A stretch of 64,000 bases of DNA from Vicinamibacterales bacterium (GCA_035620975.1 DASPFV010000245.1:47038-111037), one strand, 5' to 3'. Shown: positions 51,869 through 61,645, counted from the stretch's first letter. Program-made: numbers and translations. The notes: generated by a model not told the origin, from the letters alone.

Positions 51869-52056
51869 GCGCGGGTCTGCGCGGATTGTCGAGTGGAAAG
51901 TCACGGGAGGCGGATGAACACGGAGTCACGCGGATGGATCGGAACCCGCGGCTGGTGATCGTTGCGGAATTCACACGTGAGTTCGCACGTGCACGAACCG
52001 GCGGTCATCACGATGCTGGCGATGGGACCTAGCCACGATGCGTTGTTCCCTCAGGG

Positions 52057-52088
52057 CATCGTCTCATCGTCGCATCGTTCCATCGTGG
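52057..52088. repeat. 8-nt tandem repeat CATCGTNN x4
   Basis: CATCGTCT CATCGTCG CATCGTTC CATCGTGG, inside the low-GC spacer 51869-52200. Confidence 0.85.
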
Positions 52089-52200
52089 TTGCCGTCGGCC
52101 CGTGCATGTATCGAGGAACGCAGGTGAGTAGCGGTGATTACCGGGATCAGGATCACGGGACGCGGATGAATGCGGATTCGCGCGTCGGCGATGGCGGGGG

Positions 52201-52893
52201 ATGACCGTGTCCGACGATCCCTCCGCCGGCTCGCGCTGGAGCGCAGCGGACACGGTCGCGGGCTTCTCGCAGTCTCCGCCGAACGCGACGCTGATCCAGT
52301 TCGCCGCGCAGGCGATGCCCGCGGGCGGCGGTCGACTGCTCGATATCGGGTGCGGAGCCGGACGGAACGCCGTTCCGATCGCCCAGCTTGGGTGGGAGGT
52401 CCTGGGTCTGGATCTGTCCATGCCGATGCTGCGGGCAGCCGCCGCTCGTACCCGCGTGGAACAGCTCTCGGGATGCGTGCGACTGGCGCTCGCCCGCATG
52501 GACGCTCTGCCGGTGGCGGATCGCTGCGTCGACTTCGTCGTGGCCCACGGGATCTGGAATCTCGCCCGCTCCGCCGCCGAGTTCCGCGCCGCGGTGCGGG
52601 AGGCAGCCCGGGTCGCCCGGCCCGGCGCCGCGCTGTTCGTCTTCACGTTCTCGCGCAACACGCTGCCGCCGCACGTGCAGCCGGTGGGGGGCGAACCTTT
52701 CGTGTTCACGGAGTTCTCCGGGGAGCCGCAGGTGTTCCTGACCGCCGAACAGCTGGGGCTCGAGATGCACGCGGCTGGGTTTGCGCCCGATACGGCGGCG
52801 CCCCTCCAGGAACACAACCTTCCCAGACCCGGGACTCTGCGGACGGGCAAGGTGCCGGTCATTTACGAGGCACTGTTCCGGCGCGTGCCGTAA
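52201..52893 (+). CDS. Class I SAM-dependent methyltransferase
   Basis: RLLDIGCGAGRNAVPIA (motif I), VLGLDLS, FVVAHGIWN, ARPGAALFVFTF. Confidence 0.8.
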   Translation: MTVSDDPSAGSRWSAADTVAGFSQSPPNATLIQFAAQAMPAGGGRLLDIGCGAGRNAVPIAQLGWEVLGLDLSMPMLRAAAARTRVEQLSGCVRLALARMDALPVADRCVDFVVAHGIWNLARSAAEFRAAVREAARVARPGAALFVFTFSRNTLPPHVQPVGGEPFVFTEFSGEPQVFLTAEQLGLEMHAAGFAPDTAAPLQEHNLPRPGTLRTGKVPVIYEALFRRVP

Positions 52894-53030
52894 CGGCTGG
52901 ACGAGGGCGTACGCCTGCGCCCCCGGCGCGCGTTCTTCGCGCGCTGGGGTGGGGTGGGGGGGCCGGCGGGGCGAAGCCCCCAGGTTTCTCTCGTGGTCCG
53001 CCGCATCCGTCTTCTGATCCGCGGAACGAT

Positions 53031-53059
53031 TTGCGGCATCGCGTCGTATTGCCTACAAT
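53031..53059 (+). promoter_or_regulatory. Candidate sigma-70 promoter (TTGCGG-N17-TACAAT) for padR-permease
   Basis: Read directly. The -10 ends 12 nt before the GTG start, implying a very short leader. Confidence 0.35.
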
Positions 53060-53071
53060 GAAGGCCAAATC

Positions 53072-53410
53072 GTGGCGCGCCCATCCATCTTCCTCGGCGA
53101 CCTCGAGCAGATGGTCCTGCTCGCCGTGCTCCGCCTCGGCGACGGCGCCTACGCCGTGCCCATCCGGGAGGAGCTCGCTGAGAGGGCAGGACGCCGGATT
53201 GCCCGCGGGGCGCTCTACACGTCGCTCGACCGGCTCGAGTCGAAGGGGTACCTGCGCTCCAGGCTCGGCGATCCGACCCCCGAGCGGGGCGGGCGCGCGC
53301 GCCGCTACTACACCGTGACCGCGCGCGGTCTCAGCGCCCTGCGCACGTCCGCCGACGCCCTGCGCGGCCTCTCCCACGGGCTGGAGGCGATCCTGGGCCG
53401 GCTGCCGTGA
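53072..53410 (+). CDS. PadR-family transcriptional regulator
   Basis: LEQMVLLAVLRLGDGAYAVPIREEL...ARGALYTSLDRLESKGYLRS...GGRARRYYTVTARG. Confidence 0.85.
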   Translation: MARPSIFLGDLEQMVLLAVLRLGDGAYAVPIREELAERAGRRIARGALYTSLDRLESKGYLRSRLGDPTPERGGRARRYYTVTARGLSALRTSADALRGLSHGLEAILGRLP

Positions 53411-56103
53411 CCACGCCTCTCACGCCTCCCCGTGCCGCGGAGCGCCTGCTCGCCCTCGCGTTTTCCGATTCGGACCTGCGCGATGCGGTCCTGGGCGACC
53501 TGCATGAGGAGTACGTGGCGCGTGCCGCACGTGCGGCCGGGTTGCGACTGCGTGTCTGGTACTGCATCGAGGCGCTCCGCCTCGCTGTCCGGTTCACGTT
53601 GCGGCGCCTCGGTCGGTACGCGCGGCGATCACGCGCGGCCGCCCCCTCCACCGACGACATCAGACAGGAGACCCTCATGTCGGGCCTGCGCTCCGATCTG
53701 AAGCTGGCTTTCCGCACGCTCCGGCAGCAGCCGGGCGTGTCGCTCGTCACCGCTGTCACGCTGGCACTCGGCCTGGGCATCAACGCCACGGTGCTGGGCA
53801 TGATGGATGCCATGCTGTTCCGGCCGTTCCAGTTCCAGGACGCGGACCGGCTCGTGGTGTTGTGGGAGACGGTGCGGGGAGGATCGGAGCGCGAGACGGT
53901 CTCGCAGGCCAACTTCCTCGACTGGCGCGCACAGGCGCGCAGCCTCGAGCAGATCGAGGCCTGGGCGTGGCTCGATGCGACGCTGACCGGGCGCGGCGAA
54001 CCGGAACGCGTGCAGGGGTTCAGGGTCACGTCCGGCTTCTTCGATCTGCTCGGCATTGTCCCCGCGCTCGGCCGCACGTTCGTTCCTGACGACGAACGGC
54101 TGGGCCGCCATCGGCACGTCGTGGTCAGCGACGGCCTGTGGAAGCGGCGGTTCGGCGGGGACCGCCATGTCGTCGGCACCGATATCGAAGTGGACGGCGT
54201 CGCGCATACCGTCGTTGGGGTCGCCCCACCGGGCTTTTCGTTCCCGGTCGGCTGCGAGCTGTGGGTGCCCCTGGCGCTCACGCCGGCGCAGGCCACCGAT
54301 CGCGAGAGCCGGCCGCTCACCGTGGCCGGCAGGCTCGCCGGCGCACAGTCGCTGCCGTCGGCGCAGGCGGAGCTGGACACGATCAGCCGCCGCCTGGCAC
54401 AGGAGCACCCCCGCACCAACGGCGACCGCGGCGTGTCCGTGCGCTCGCTGGCGACCGCGTTCCGCGAAGGGTCCACCGTGCCATTCGTCGCGATTCTGCA
54501 GGCCGCGGCGGCGCTCGTGCTGCTCGTCGCGTGCGCGAACGTGGCGGGTCTTCTCCTCGCGCGCGCGATGGATCGGCAGCGCGAGCTGGCGATTAAGACC
54601 GCCCTTGGCGCCAGCCGGGCGCGGATCGTCAGGCAGTTCGTCGTCGAGACCGTCCTGCTCGGATTGCTGGCAGCGGCGGTGGCCGTCCCGCTGGCCTCGA
54701 TCGGCCTCGACGCGCTGCGGGTCAGCATCCCGCCGGAGACCGCCAGATTCGTCGAAGGCTGGGACAACCTGCGCCTCGACGGCCGTGTGGCTGCGGCGAT
54801 ACCGCTCCTGGCCATCGTCGTGGGGCTGCTGATCGGTCTCGTGCCGGCGCTCGCGGCCACGCGGCCAGGTTTCAACGACGCCCTCAAGGACGGCGATCGT
54901 GCCATGGGCGGCATCCGCCGTCAGCGTGGGAGGCAGGTCCTGGTCGTCGTCGAGATCGCGCTGGCGCTGGCCCTGCTCGTCGCCGCCGGGCTCACGGTCG
55001 CGGGAGGCAGGCGCCTGACGGCCGACCCGGGCGGATTCGATGCGGAGGGGTTGCTGACATTCCAGGTTCCGCTGCCCGAGCCGAAGTACGCGGAGCCCGG
55101 GCCTCGGAGGGAATTCGTCGCGGCCCTCATTGCGCGCATGCAGGCGAGCCCGATGGTCCGGCAAGCGGCGATTGCGAACGTCCTCCCGGCGTCCGGCTGG
55201 AGCCCGTCCATGTCGTTCGTTGTCGATCACGATCCCGCACCGGACCTGGCGCGACGACCGCGCAGCGGGTTCCGCACGGTCTCGACCGACTTCTTCGAAG
55301 CGTTGCGGGTTCCGGTGGTCGCAGGCCGCACGTTCACGACGGCCGATCGCGAAGGCACGCAGCCGGTTGCGATCGTGAGCGCCTCGCTGGCCGAACGCTT
55401 CTGGCCGGGGCAGGATCCCATCGGCAAACGGTTGCGCCTGGACGACACGCGAGAGGAGTGGCGCCACATCGTGGGCATCGTCGGAGACGTGCGGATGTTC
55501 AACTGGTGGGACGGCGAGGATGCGCTGGCGGTCTACGTGCCGCTGCGTCAGGCGCCACCAGGAGGCCTGGTGTACGCCGTCGTCCGGACACACGGCAATC
55601 CTGCCGCCACGACGGCGTCGATTCGGGAGGCGATCAGATCCGTCGACCCGCTGCTGCCTGTCACTCACGCCCGGACGCTGCGCGAGGCGGTGGCCGAGAG
55701 CGGAGCGGGCCTGGGGCACCTGGCGCTGTTGATGGCCGTGTGCGGCGGGATCGGCCTCCTGCTCTCGCTGCTGGGCATCTACAGCGTGATGGCGTACGCG
55801 GTGTCGCAGCGGATTCACGAGTTCGGCGTGCGGATGGCGCTCGGGGCGACGGGCCGGGAAGTGCTGCGCCTGACGGTGACCGAAGCCCTTGCGCTGACGG
55901 GCTGCGGGCTGGCGCTCGGCCTGCTGCTGGCCGTAGTCCTCGGGCGGCTCCTGTCCAGCGCGCTCTTCGGGCTGATCACCCTCCAGCCAACAATCATCCT
56001 GGGTGTCGGCCTGGGGCTCGCCGCGGTGTCGCTGGCCGCCGCCTGCGTCCCTGCCCGGCGGGCCGTGAGCCTCGATCCGGCGATCGTGCTGCGAGGCCGC
56101 TGA
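53407..56103 (+). CDS. Duplicated MacB-like ABC permease (ADOP family, FtsX x2) with a PadR-associated N-terminal segment
   Basis: 898 aa. Overlaps padR by 4 nt. Two MacB_PCD + FtsX units: LRQQPGVSLVTAVTLALGLGINA..., ALGASRARIVRQFVVE... and a second, MALGATGREVLRLTVTEAL... Confidence 0.85.
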   Translation: MTTPLTPPRAAERLLALAFSDSDLRDAVLGDLHEEYVARAARAAGLRLRVWYCIEALRLAVRFTLRRLGRYARRSRAAAPSTDDIRQETLMSGLRSDLKLAFRTLRQQPGVSLVTAVTLALGLGINATVLGMMDAMLFRPFQFQDADRLVVLWETVRGGSERETVSQANFLDWRAQARSLEQIEAWAWLDATLTGRGEPERVQGFRVTSGFFDLLGIVPALGRTFVPDDERLGRHRHVVVSDGLWKRRFGGDRHVVGTDIEVDGVAHTVVGVAPPGFSFPVGCELWVPLALTPAQATDRESRPLTVAGRLAGAQSLPSAQAELDTISRRLAQEHPRTNGDRGVSVRSLATAFREGSTVPFVAILQAAAALVLLVACANVAGLLLARAMDRQRELAIKTALGASRARIVRQFVVETVLLGLLAAAVAVPLASIGLDALRVSIPPETARFVEGWDNLRLDGRVAAAIPLLAIVVGLLIGLVPALAATRPGFNDALKDGDRAMGGIRRQRGRQVLVVVEIALALALLVAAGLTVAGGRRLTADPGGFDAEGLLTFQVPLPEPKYAEPGPRREFVAALIARMQASPMVRQAAIANVLPASGWSPSMSFVVDHDPAPDLARRPRSGFRTVSTDFFEALRVPVVAGRTFTTADREGTQPVAIVSASLAERFWPGQDPIGKRLRLDDTREEWRHIVGIVGDVRMFNWWDGEDALAVYVPLRQAPPGGLVYAVVRTHGNPAATTASIREAIRSVDPLLPVTHARTLREAVAESGAGLGHLALLMAVCGGIGLLLSLLGIYSVMAYAVSQRIHEFGVRMALGATGREVLRLTVTEALALTGCGLALGLLLAVVLGRLLSSALFGLITLQPTIILGVGLGLAAVSLAAACVPARRAVSLDPAIVLRGR

Positions 56104-56214
56104 CGGCGGCGCGCGTGGGCGTGCTCTGCGTCGGGTCTTCTCTTCTCTGACCGATCTTCGTGAAGGCCGCGGCCGTCCGCCGGCGTGATCGGCCAGGCGC
56201 CACGTGCGACGAGG

Positions 56215-57417
56215 TCAGTCCGCCGATTTCCGTGCGGACTGCCACGCGTAGACGGCACGGTCGAACTCCTCGAGCAGTCCCCTCGGGCCCGGATCGAGCC
56301 CTGGCAGCATCTGGCTCATGAGGACAGCGCCGATCTGCTTCTCGCGATCGATCCAGAAGAACGTGTTGAAGATGCCCGCCCACGCCAGGGACTCGCGGCC
56401 GCGCGCGGTGCCGTTGGCCGTGGTGTTCAGCGCAAATCCGAGGCCGAACTTGTCGAGGGCGCCGGGCAGAGTGGCGCCGTCGGTGGCGAGTTGAGGGATC
56501 AGGCTGGGAAACGGCCGGATCTCGAGTTCGCCGATCTGATTGCGGCCTGCCATGGCCACGGACTCGGCGGAGAGGATCCGCCGGCCGTCGAGCTGGCCGC
56601 CGGCCATGATCGCACGGACGAACCGGAGATAGTCCGAGGCCGTCGAATGCAGCCCGCCGCCGCCCGAGAAGAACCCGGACGCCCTGGGCATCTGCTGCGT
56701 CTGCGGCTGGAGGCTGCCATCGGGCTGGCGCTGGTAGAGCGTCACCAGGCGTTCCCGTTTGTCGGCGGGGACCTCGAAGAACGTGTCGGGCATGGCCAGC
56801 GGCGCGAAGATGTGCTCGCGGAAGTAGACCTCCAGGGACTGGCCACTGACCTGTTCCACCAGCCTGCCCAGCCAGTCAGTGTTGGTCCCGTATTCCCATC
56901 GCGTTCCCGGATCGAAGAGGAGCGGTGCCTTCAGGAAACCGCCATCGCCCGTCATCAGGCTGGGCAACTCCTTCTTCGCGACGAGATCCAGCAGCGTCTT
57001 GTTCATGAACTCGTAGCCGAAGCCGGCCGTGTGCGTCAGCAGGTGGCGCACCGTCACCGGGCTCTTCGGCGGACGCAGCGTGCCGCCCTCGAGCACCTGG
57101 ATGGTCCCGATCTCGGGCACGTAGGTCCTGGCCGGCTCGTCGAGGCGGACCTTGCCGGCCTCGACGAGCTGCAGCACCGCCGTGGAGGTGATCGGCTTCG
57201 TCATCGACGCGATCGGAAAGATCGCGTGCAGGCCCGCGCCTTCGGCGTGTTCGTAGATGACTCCATTCGCATCCGCGACCATCGCCACGGCCATGGGGAC
57301 CTGCTTCTTCTCGACGGCCGTCCGGAGCAGGGCGTTGATCTCGTCAACGCCGGGCACCGTCGCGCGCGGCCAGGCGACCGAGGCGACCAGCACAGCCAGG
57401 ACGAGCATGTTCTTCAT
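56215..57417 (-). CDS. Beta-lactamase-family serine hydrolase (class C / esterase-type), secreted
   Basis: From MKNMLVLAVLVASVAW (signal). Active-site IASMTKPITS (SxxK) and a YxN-type region (WEYGTN). Confidence 0.8.
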   Translation of the reverse strand: MKNMLVLAVLVASVAWPRATVPGVDEINALLRTAVEKKQVPMAVAMVADANGVIYEHAEGAGLHAIFPIASMTKPITSTAVLQLVEAGKVRLDEPARTYVPEIGTIQVLEGGTLRPPKSPVTVRHLLTHTAGFGYEFMNKTLLDLVAKKELPSLMTGDGGFLKAPLLFDPGTRWEYGTNTDWLGRLVEQVSGQSLEVYFREHIFAPLAMPDTFFEVPADKRERLVTLYQRQPDGSLQPQTQQMPRASGFFSGGGGLHSTASDYLRFVRAIMAGGQLDGRRILSAESVAMAGRNQIGELEIRPFPSLIPQLATDGATLPGALDKFGLGFALNTTANGTARGRESLAWAGIFNTFFWIDREKQIGAVLMSQMLPGLDPGPRGLLEEFDRAVYAWQSARKSAD

Positions 57418-57514
57418 TGGCTCCGCCTTTCCTTGAGGTTCGCGTGCTGCGGAGGATACACCAGTCAGGGCACGCGGGCGCCCGGGCGCTCGCGATCGAT
57501 GTAGGATCGCGCCC

Positions 57515-57925
57515 GTGAACAGGCCCCTTCCACGGATCGTGCGGCGCCGTTCGCGCGTGCACGGCCACGGTGTGTTCGCCGCCGAGCCCATCAGCAAGAA
57601 CACCCGCATCATCGACTACGCCGGCCAGCTCGTTCGCAACGCCGACAGCGCGGCGCGCGAGGCCCGGTATCTGAAGGACGGCTGCATCTGGGTGTTCCGC
57701 GTGAACCGGCGCTGGAGCCGCGATGCCGCCATCGACGGCAACATCGCGCGGTTCATCAATCACTCCTGCCGGCCGAACTGCTGGTGGGAGGTCGTCGGCA
57801 CGACGATCTGGATTCGCGCCGCGCGCAACATCCAGCCTGGCGAGGAGCTGACCTACGACTACGCGACGGTCGGCGACCACACGATCCCCTGCCGCTGCCA
57901 TCCGGGCTGTCGGCGGTGGCTCTAA
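57515..57925 (+). CDS. SET-domain protein (lysine methyltransferase fold) with post-SET Cys cluster
   Basis: GTG start. VHGHGVFAAEPI, GNIARFINHSCRPNC (NHSC), GEELTYDY (ELxxDY), CRCHPGCRRWL. Confidence 0.8.
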   Translation: MNRPLPRIVRRRSRVHGHGVFAAEPISKNTRIIDYAGQLVRNADSAAREARYLKDGCIWVFRVNRRWSRDAAIDGNIARFINHSCRPNCWWEVVGTTIWIRAARNIQPGEELTYDYATVGDHTIPCRCHPGCRRWL

Positions 57926-57938
57926 CGTAGAATCAACT

Positions 57939-57959
57939 CCAGGTTCCTGGTTCTGGTCC
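57939..57959. repeat. Heptamer-like tandem repeat CCAGGTT CCTGGTT CTGGTCC in a low-GC spacer
   Basis: Read directly between the SET stop (57925) and the next start (57980). Confidence 0.75.
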
Positions 57960-57979
57960 GTAGTTCGAAAGGACGGCCA

Positions 57980-59494
57980 GTGATGTCGATCGTGGCGCGG
58001 GCGGGTGTTCTCGTCGTGGCGGGGCTCGGTCTGGGCGTTGTCGCGGCGGCGTCGGGCGCGGGCGGCCGGCAGCAGGCCACGCCGGCGGCTTCGACGCCGG
58101 CCGCTCAGCAGGCGCCTGCTCCTCCCTCACCCGTGCAGCTGGCGAACCAGGCCGAGCGGGAGCGCATCATGAAGGAGCTCGGGATCTCGGCGATCCCTCC
58201 CGGCGCGATCAGCTCGAGCCCGGCGACCTACGACGAAGCGGCGGCCAACCCGTACCCCACCCTGCCCGATCCGCTGACGCTCGAGAACGGACAGAAGGTC
58301 ACGTCCGCGTCGACGTGGCGGAATCGCCGGCGGGCCGAGCTGCTCGAGGATTTTCAGCGGGACGTCTACGGCCGCATCCCGAAGCAGGTGCCGGCTGTCA
58401 CCTGGAAGGTCGTCGACGCGACGGAGGGGGAGACAGCCGGGATCAAGACCGTCACGAAGCGGCTGCTCGGCTACGTCGACAACTCCGCGCACCCGGAGAT
58501 CACGGTCATCATCCAGGCGACCGTCACCACGCCAGCCGGCGCGAGCGGTCCCGTGCCGGTAATCATCCAGTTCGGCGGCGGTGCGGTGCCGCTGCCGGAG
58601 GGTACGGCCGAACCGCCCAATCCCTGTGCGCCGCCCGGCGGGTTCGGAGGACGCGGAGCCGGACGCGGAGGTCGCGGCGCGGGCGCCGGCCCGACTGGCC
58701 CGGGCTGGCAGGAGCAGATCCTTGCGAAGGGCTGGGGCTACGCGAACCTGAACACGGGCAGCATCCAGGGCGATTGCGGCGCGGGTCTGACGGCCGGCAT
58801 CATCGGCCTCGCCAACAAGGGGCAGCGGCGCAAGCTGGACGACTGGGGCGCGCTGGCCGCGTGGGGCTGGGGCGCGAGCCGGCTGCTGGACTACTTCGCC
58901 ACCGACACGGCCGTCGATGCCATGCGGGTCGGCGTCATGGGGCACTCGCGCTGGGGCAAGGCGGCCCTCGTCGCGATGGCCTACGACGAGCGGTTCGCGA
59001 TCGGCTACATCAGCTCGTCGGGCCACGGCGGCGCCAAGCTGCACCGTCGCAAGTACGGTGAGACGATCGAGAACGTCGCGAACACCTTCTATCACTGGAT
59101 GGCGGGCAACTACCTCATGTACGCCGGCCGGTGGGACATGCTGCCGGTCGATTCGCACGAGCTGATCGCGCTGTGCGCGCCACGCCCCGTGTTCCTCAGC
59201 GCCGGCAACGGTCCAGGTCCGGTCAATCCCGATGGCACCGTGCCGGTCAACGACGCGTGGGTGGATCCGAAGGGGAGCTTTCTCGCCGCCGTGGGCGCGG
59301 GGCCGGTCTACAGGCTGCTCGGCGGCCGCGATCTCGGGACGACCGAATTCCCGCCCATCGACACCGCGCTCGTCGACGGCGATCTCGGGTTCCGTCAACA
59401 TACCGGCGGGCACACGCCCGGGCCGACGTGGCCAACCTTCCTGACGTTCGCGGAGCGATACCTGAACAAGCCGGCGAAGACGTCGTCACGATGA
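57980..59494 (+). CDS. Secreted glucuronoyl esterase (CE15 family) candidate
   Basis: Signal peptide. VGVMGHSRWGKAAL (compare CE15 G-x-S-R-x-G nucleophile motif). C-terminal FRQHTGGHT. Adjacent to the GH67 gene. Confidence 0.7.
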   Translation: MMSIVARAGVLVVAGLGLGVVAAASGAGGRQQATPAASTPAAQQAPAPPSPVQLANQAERERIMKELGISAIPPGAISSSPATYDEAAANPYPTLPDPLTLENGQKVTSASTWRNRRRAELLEDFQRDVYGRIPKQVPAVTWKVVDATEGETAGIKTVTKRLLGYVDNSAHPEITVIIQATVTTPAGASGPVPVIIQFGGGAVPLPEGTAEPPNPCAPPGGFGGRGAGRGGRGAGAGPTGPGWQEQILAKGWGYANLNTGSIQGDCGAGLTAGIIGLANKGQRRKLDDWGALAAWGWGASRLLDYFATDTAVDAMRVGVMGHSRWGKAALVAMAYDERFAIGYISSSGHGGAKLHRRKYGETIENVANTFYHWMAGNYLMYAGRWDMLPVDSHELIALCAPRPVFLSAGNGPGPVNPDGTVPVNDAWVDPKGSFLAAVGAGPVYRLLGGRDLGTTEFPPIDTALVDGDLGFRQHTGGHTPGPTWPTFLTFAERYLNKPAKTSSR

Positions 59495-59518
59495 AGGGCG
59501 AAATCGCTCGCGTGCTGC

Positions 59519-61645
59519 TCACCTGTCCACGATCGGCCGCCCGCTGAACTGCTGGAAGTACTTCAGGATCTGATCGCGCCACAGCGCCGCGTGCTCCACC
59601 TGGACGGCCAGCCGATCCGCGACTTCCTTGTGGCGCTGCGGATCGACCCGTCCGGCCAGCGACCGCCATGTCGTCTGCAGCGCCGCGGCCTCGCGCGCGC
59701 CCTCGTGATAGCGGACGCACAGCTCGTCCCACAGCGTGCGCCCGGATTGCACGCGGTAATCCCACCCGCACCGGTGAAACCAGAGGAGGAACTTCTCGGG
59801 ACAGGTCGCCAGGCTGTCGAACAGGTCCCTTACCGGCGGGAAGTACTGCGCTACCGCCTGGTTGCCCTTCATGGTCCGGTCGAAGCCGATGCCGTCGGCG
59901 GACGCCTGGTGGTAGTAGGTCGCCGTCCAGTCGGCCCGCGGCGCCTTCGCGTTCTGGGGCATCGGCGCGTAGTGGTCGCCCCCGATCAGGTGGTGCAGCC
60001 CGAGCGGCATCGTGTAGTTCACGAACGACTCGTGCGACGACATCATCATGCCGTGGATGATCCGGACGGTCTCGACGTCGTTGCCGAACGTCATGCGGGT
60101 CCACTCGTCCGCGATCTGCGCCGCCGGGAGCGCCGGGTTCCAGGCCAGCCGGCCCGACGCATACCAGTTGGACTGCGAGAAATGGTGGCCGCACCAGTTC
60201 CGGTCGAGGCCGGGATTGACGACCGATGCCATCCCGGTCACGCGGTAGGGATGCACGGTGCCTTCGAGAACGCGTGCGACCGTCGATCCAGGGCCCTGCG
60301 CGTGGGTGTCCGCCTCCAGGAACTCCTGCCACATCGGTCCGAGGTAGACGAGGTGCCTGGCCTGCCCGAGATACTCCTGCGTGGCCTGGATCTCGGCGAT
60401 CACCTGCGTCTGCTTCAACGCGCCGAACAGGGGGTGGAACGGCTCGCGCGGCTGGAAGTCGATGGCGCCGTTCTTCACCTGCACGAGGACGTTCGGCCTG
60501 AAGTGTCCTTCCAGCCGGGTGAACTCGAGGTACGCGCGTTTCGCGCGATCCGGATCGACATCCTCGTCGTAGATGAACGCCCGCCAGATCACGTTGCCGC
60601 CGTGCGGCGCGAGCGCCTCCGCCAGGACGTTCGCGCCTTGCGCATGGGTCCGCCCGTAGTCCTTGGGGCCAGGCTGCCCCTCGGAGTTCGCCTTGACGGT
60701 GAAGCCGCCGAAGTCCGGCACCAGCCTGTAGATGTCGTCGACGGTCGACTTCCACCAGGCGGCCACGCCCGAATCCAGCGGGTCGGCGGTCGCGAGCTTG
60801 CCGAGCCGCAGCGGCGACGCCATGTTGGCAGAGAGGTACATCCTGACGCCGTATGGGCGCCACGCGTCAGCCACCACCGCGATCTTCTCGAGGTACTCGG
60901 GCGTCAGGATGCGGATGTCCGCGTTGACGCTGTTGGGCACCGAGCCGTTGATCCCGATCGAGGCGTTCGCACGCGCGTAGTCCATGTAGCGGGGGTCGAT
61001 CCTCCGCGGCAGCTCGTGCCAGTGCCAGAGCGAACGCCCGGCATAGCCGCGCTCGATCGAGCCGTCCATGTTGTCCCAGTGGTTCAGCAGCCGCAGCATC
61101 AGCTTCGGGCGTTCGACGACGTTCACGCGATCGAGTGGCTGCAGCGTCTGGATCAGCCGCAGGAGATGGAAGGCGCCGTACAGCGCCCCGATCTCCCCCT
61201 CTGATGCGACGACGAGCACGGGCCGGCCCTCGACGCGGGCGCCGCGGATGATGTACCCCTCCGGGCCGGCCTTCGCGAGCTCCTGCCTCCAGTCCAGATT
61301 CCGCACGGCGGGAGAGTTCGCCGGCGTGCCCACGACGATGGTCCCGTCCGTCACGGTTTCGCGGCCGACGGGTAGTTTCGTCCCGAGCATCGACGACAAC
61401 GCGTCCGCCAGTTCCGTCCGGAGGACCTGCGCAGTGGGTGTGCCGCCCTCGACGAGGACCTGGCGGATCGACCCGGCATACTGCCTGGCATCGCCGGCGA
61501 GTGGAGCGTAGCGCAGCCACAACCGGTAGCCGTCCTCGGCCGGCAGGGCCGGCGGCGCCTGGCCGTGCGGAACGCGCCCCATCGTGCAGATTCCGCCGAT
61601 CGCGGCCGCCGACGTCGTCAGGAACTCTCGTCTGGTCGAAGGCAT
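59519..61645 (-). CDS. aguA: Alpha-glucuronidase, glycoside hydrolase family 67
   Basis: Tat-like leader MPSTRREFLTTSAAAIGG. EDGYRLWLRY, RLLNHWDNMDGSIERGYAG, NSEGQPGP, FQPREPFHPLFG. Confidence 0.9.
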   Translation of the reverse strand: MPSTRREFLTTSAAAIGGICTMGRVPHGQAPPALPAEDGYRLWLRYAPLAGDARQYAGSIRQVLVEGGTPTAQVLRTELADALSSMLGTKLPVGRETVTDGTIVVGTPANSPAVRNLDWRQELAKAGPEGYIIRGARVEGRPVLVVASEGEIGALYGAFHLLRLIQTLQPLDRVNVVERPKLMLRLLNHWDNMDGSIERGYAGRSLWHWHELPRRIDPRYMDYARANASIGINGSVPNSVNADIRILTPEYLEKIAVVADAWRPYGVRMYLSANMASPLRLGKLATADPLDSGVAAWWKSTVDDIYRLVPDFGGFTVKANSEGQPGPKDYGRTHAQGANVLAEALAPHGGNVIWRAFIYDEDVDPDRAKRAYLEFTRLEGHFRPNVLVQVKNGAIDFQPREPFHPLFGALKQTQVIAEIQATQEYLGQARHLVYLGPMWQEFLEADTHAQGPGSTVARVLEGTVHPYRVTGMASVVNPGLDRNWCGHHFSQSNWYASGRLAWNPALPAAQIADEWTRMTFGNDVETVRIIHGMMMSSHESFVNYTMPLGLHHLIGGDHYAPMPQNAKAPRADWTATYYHQASADGIGFDRTMKGNQAVAQYFPPVRDLFDSLATCPEKFLLWFHRCGWDYRVQSGRTLWDELCVRYHEGAREAAALQTTWRSLAGRVDPQRHKEVADRLAVQVEHAALWRDQILKYFQQFSGRPIVDR

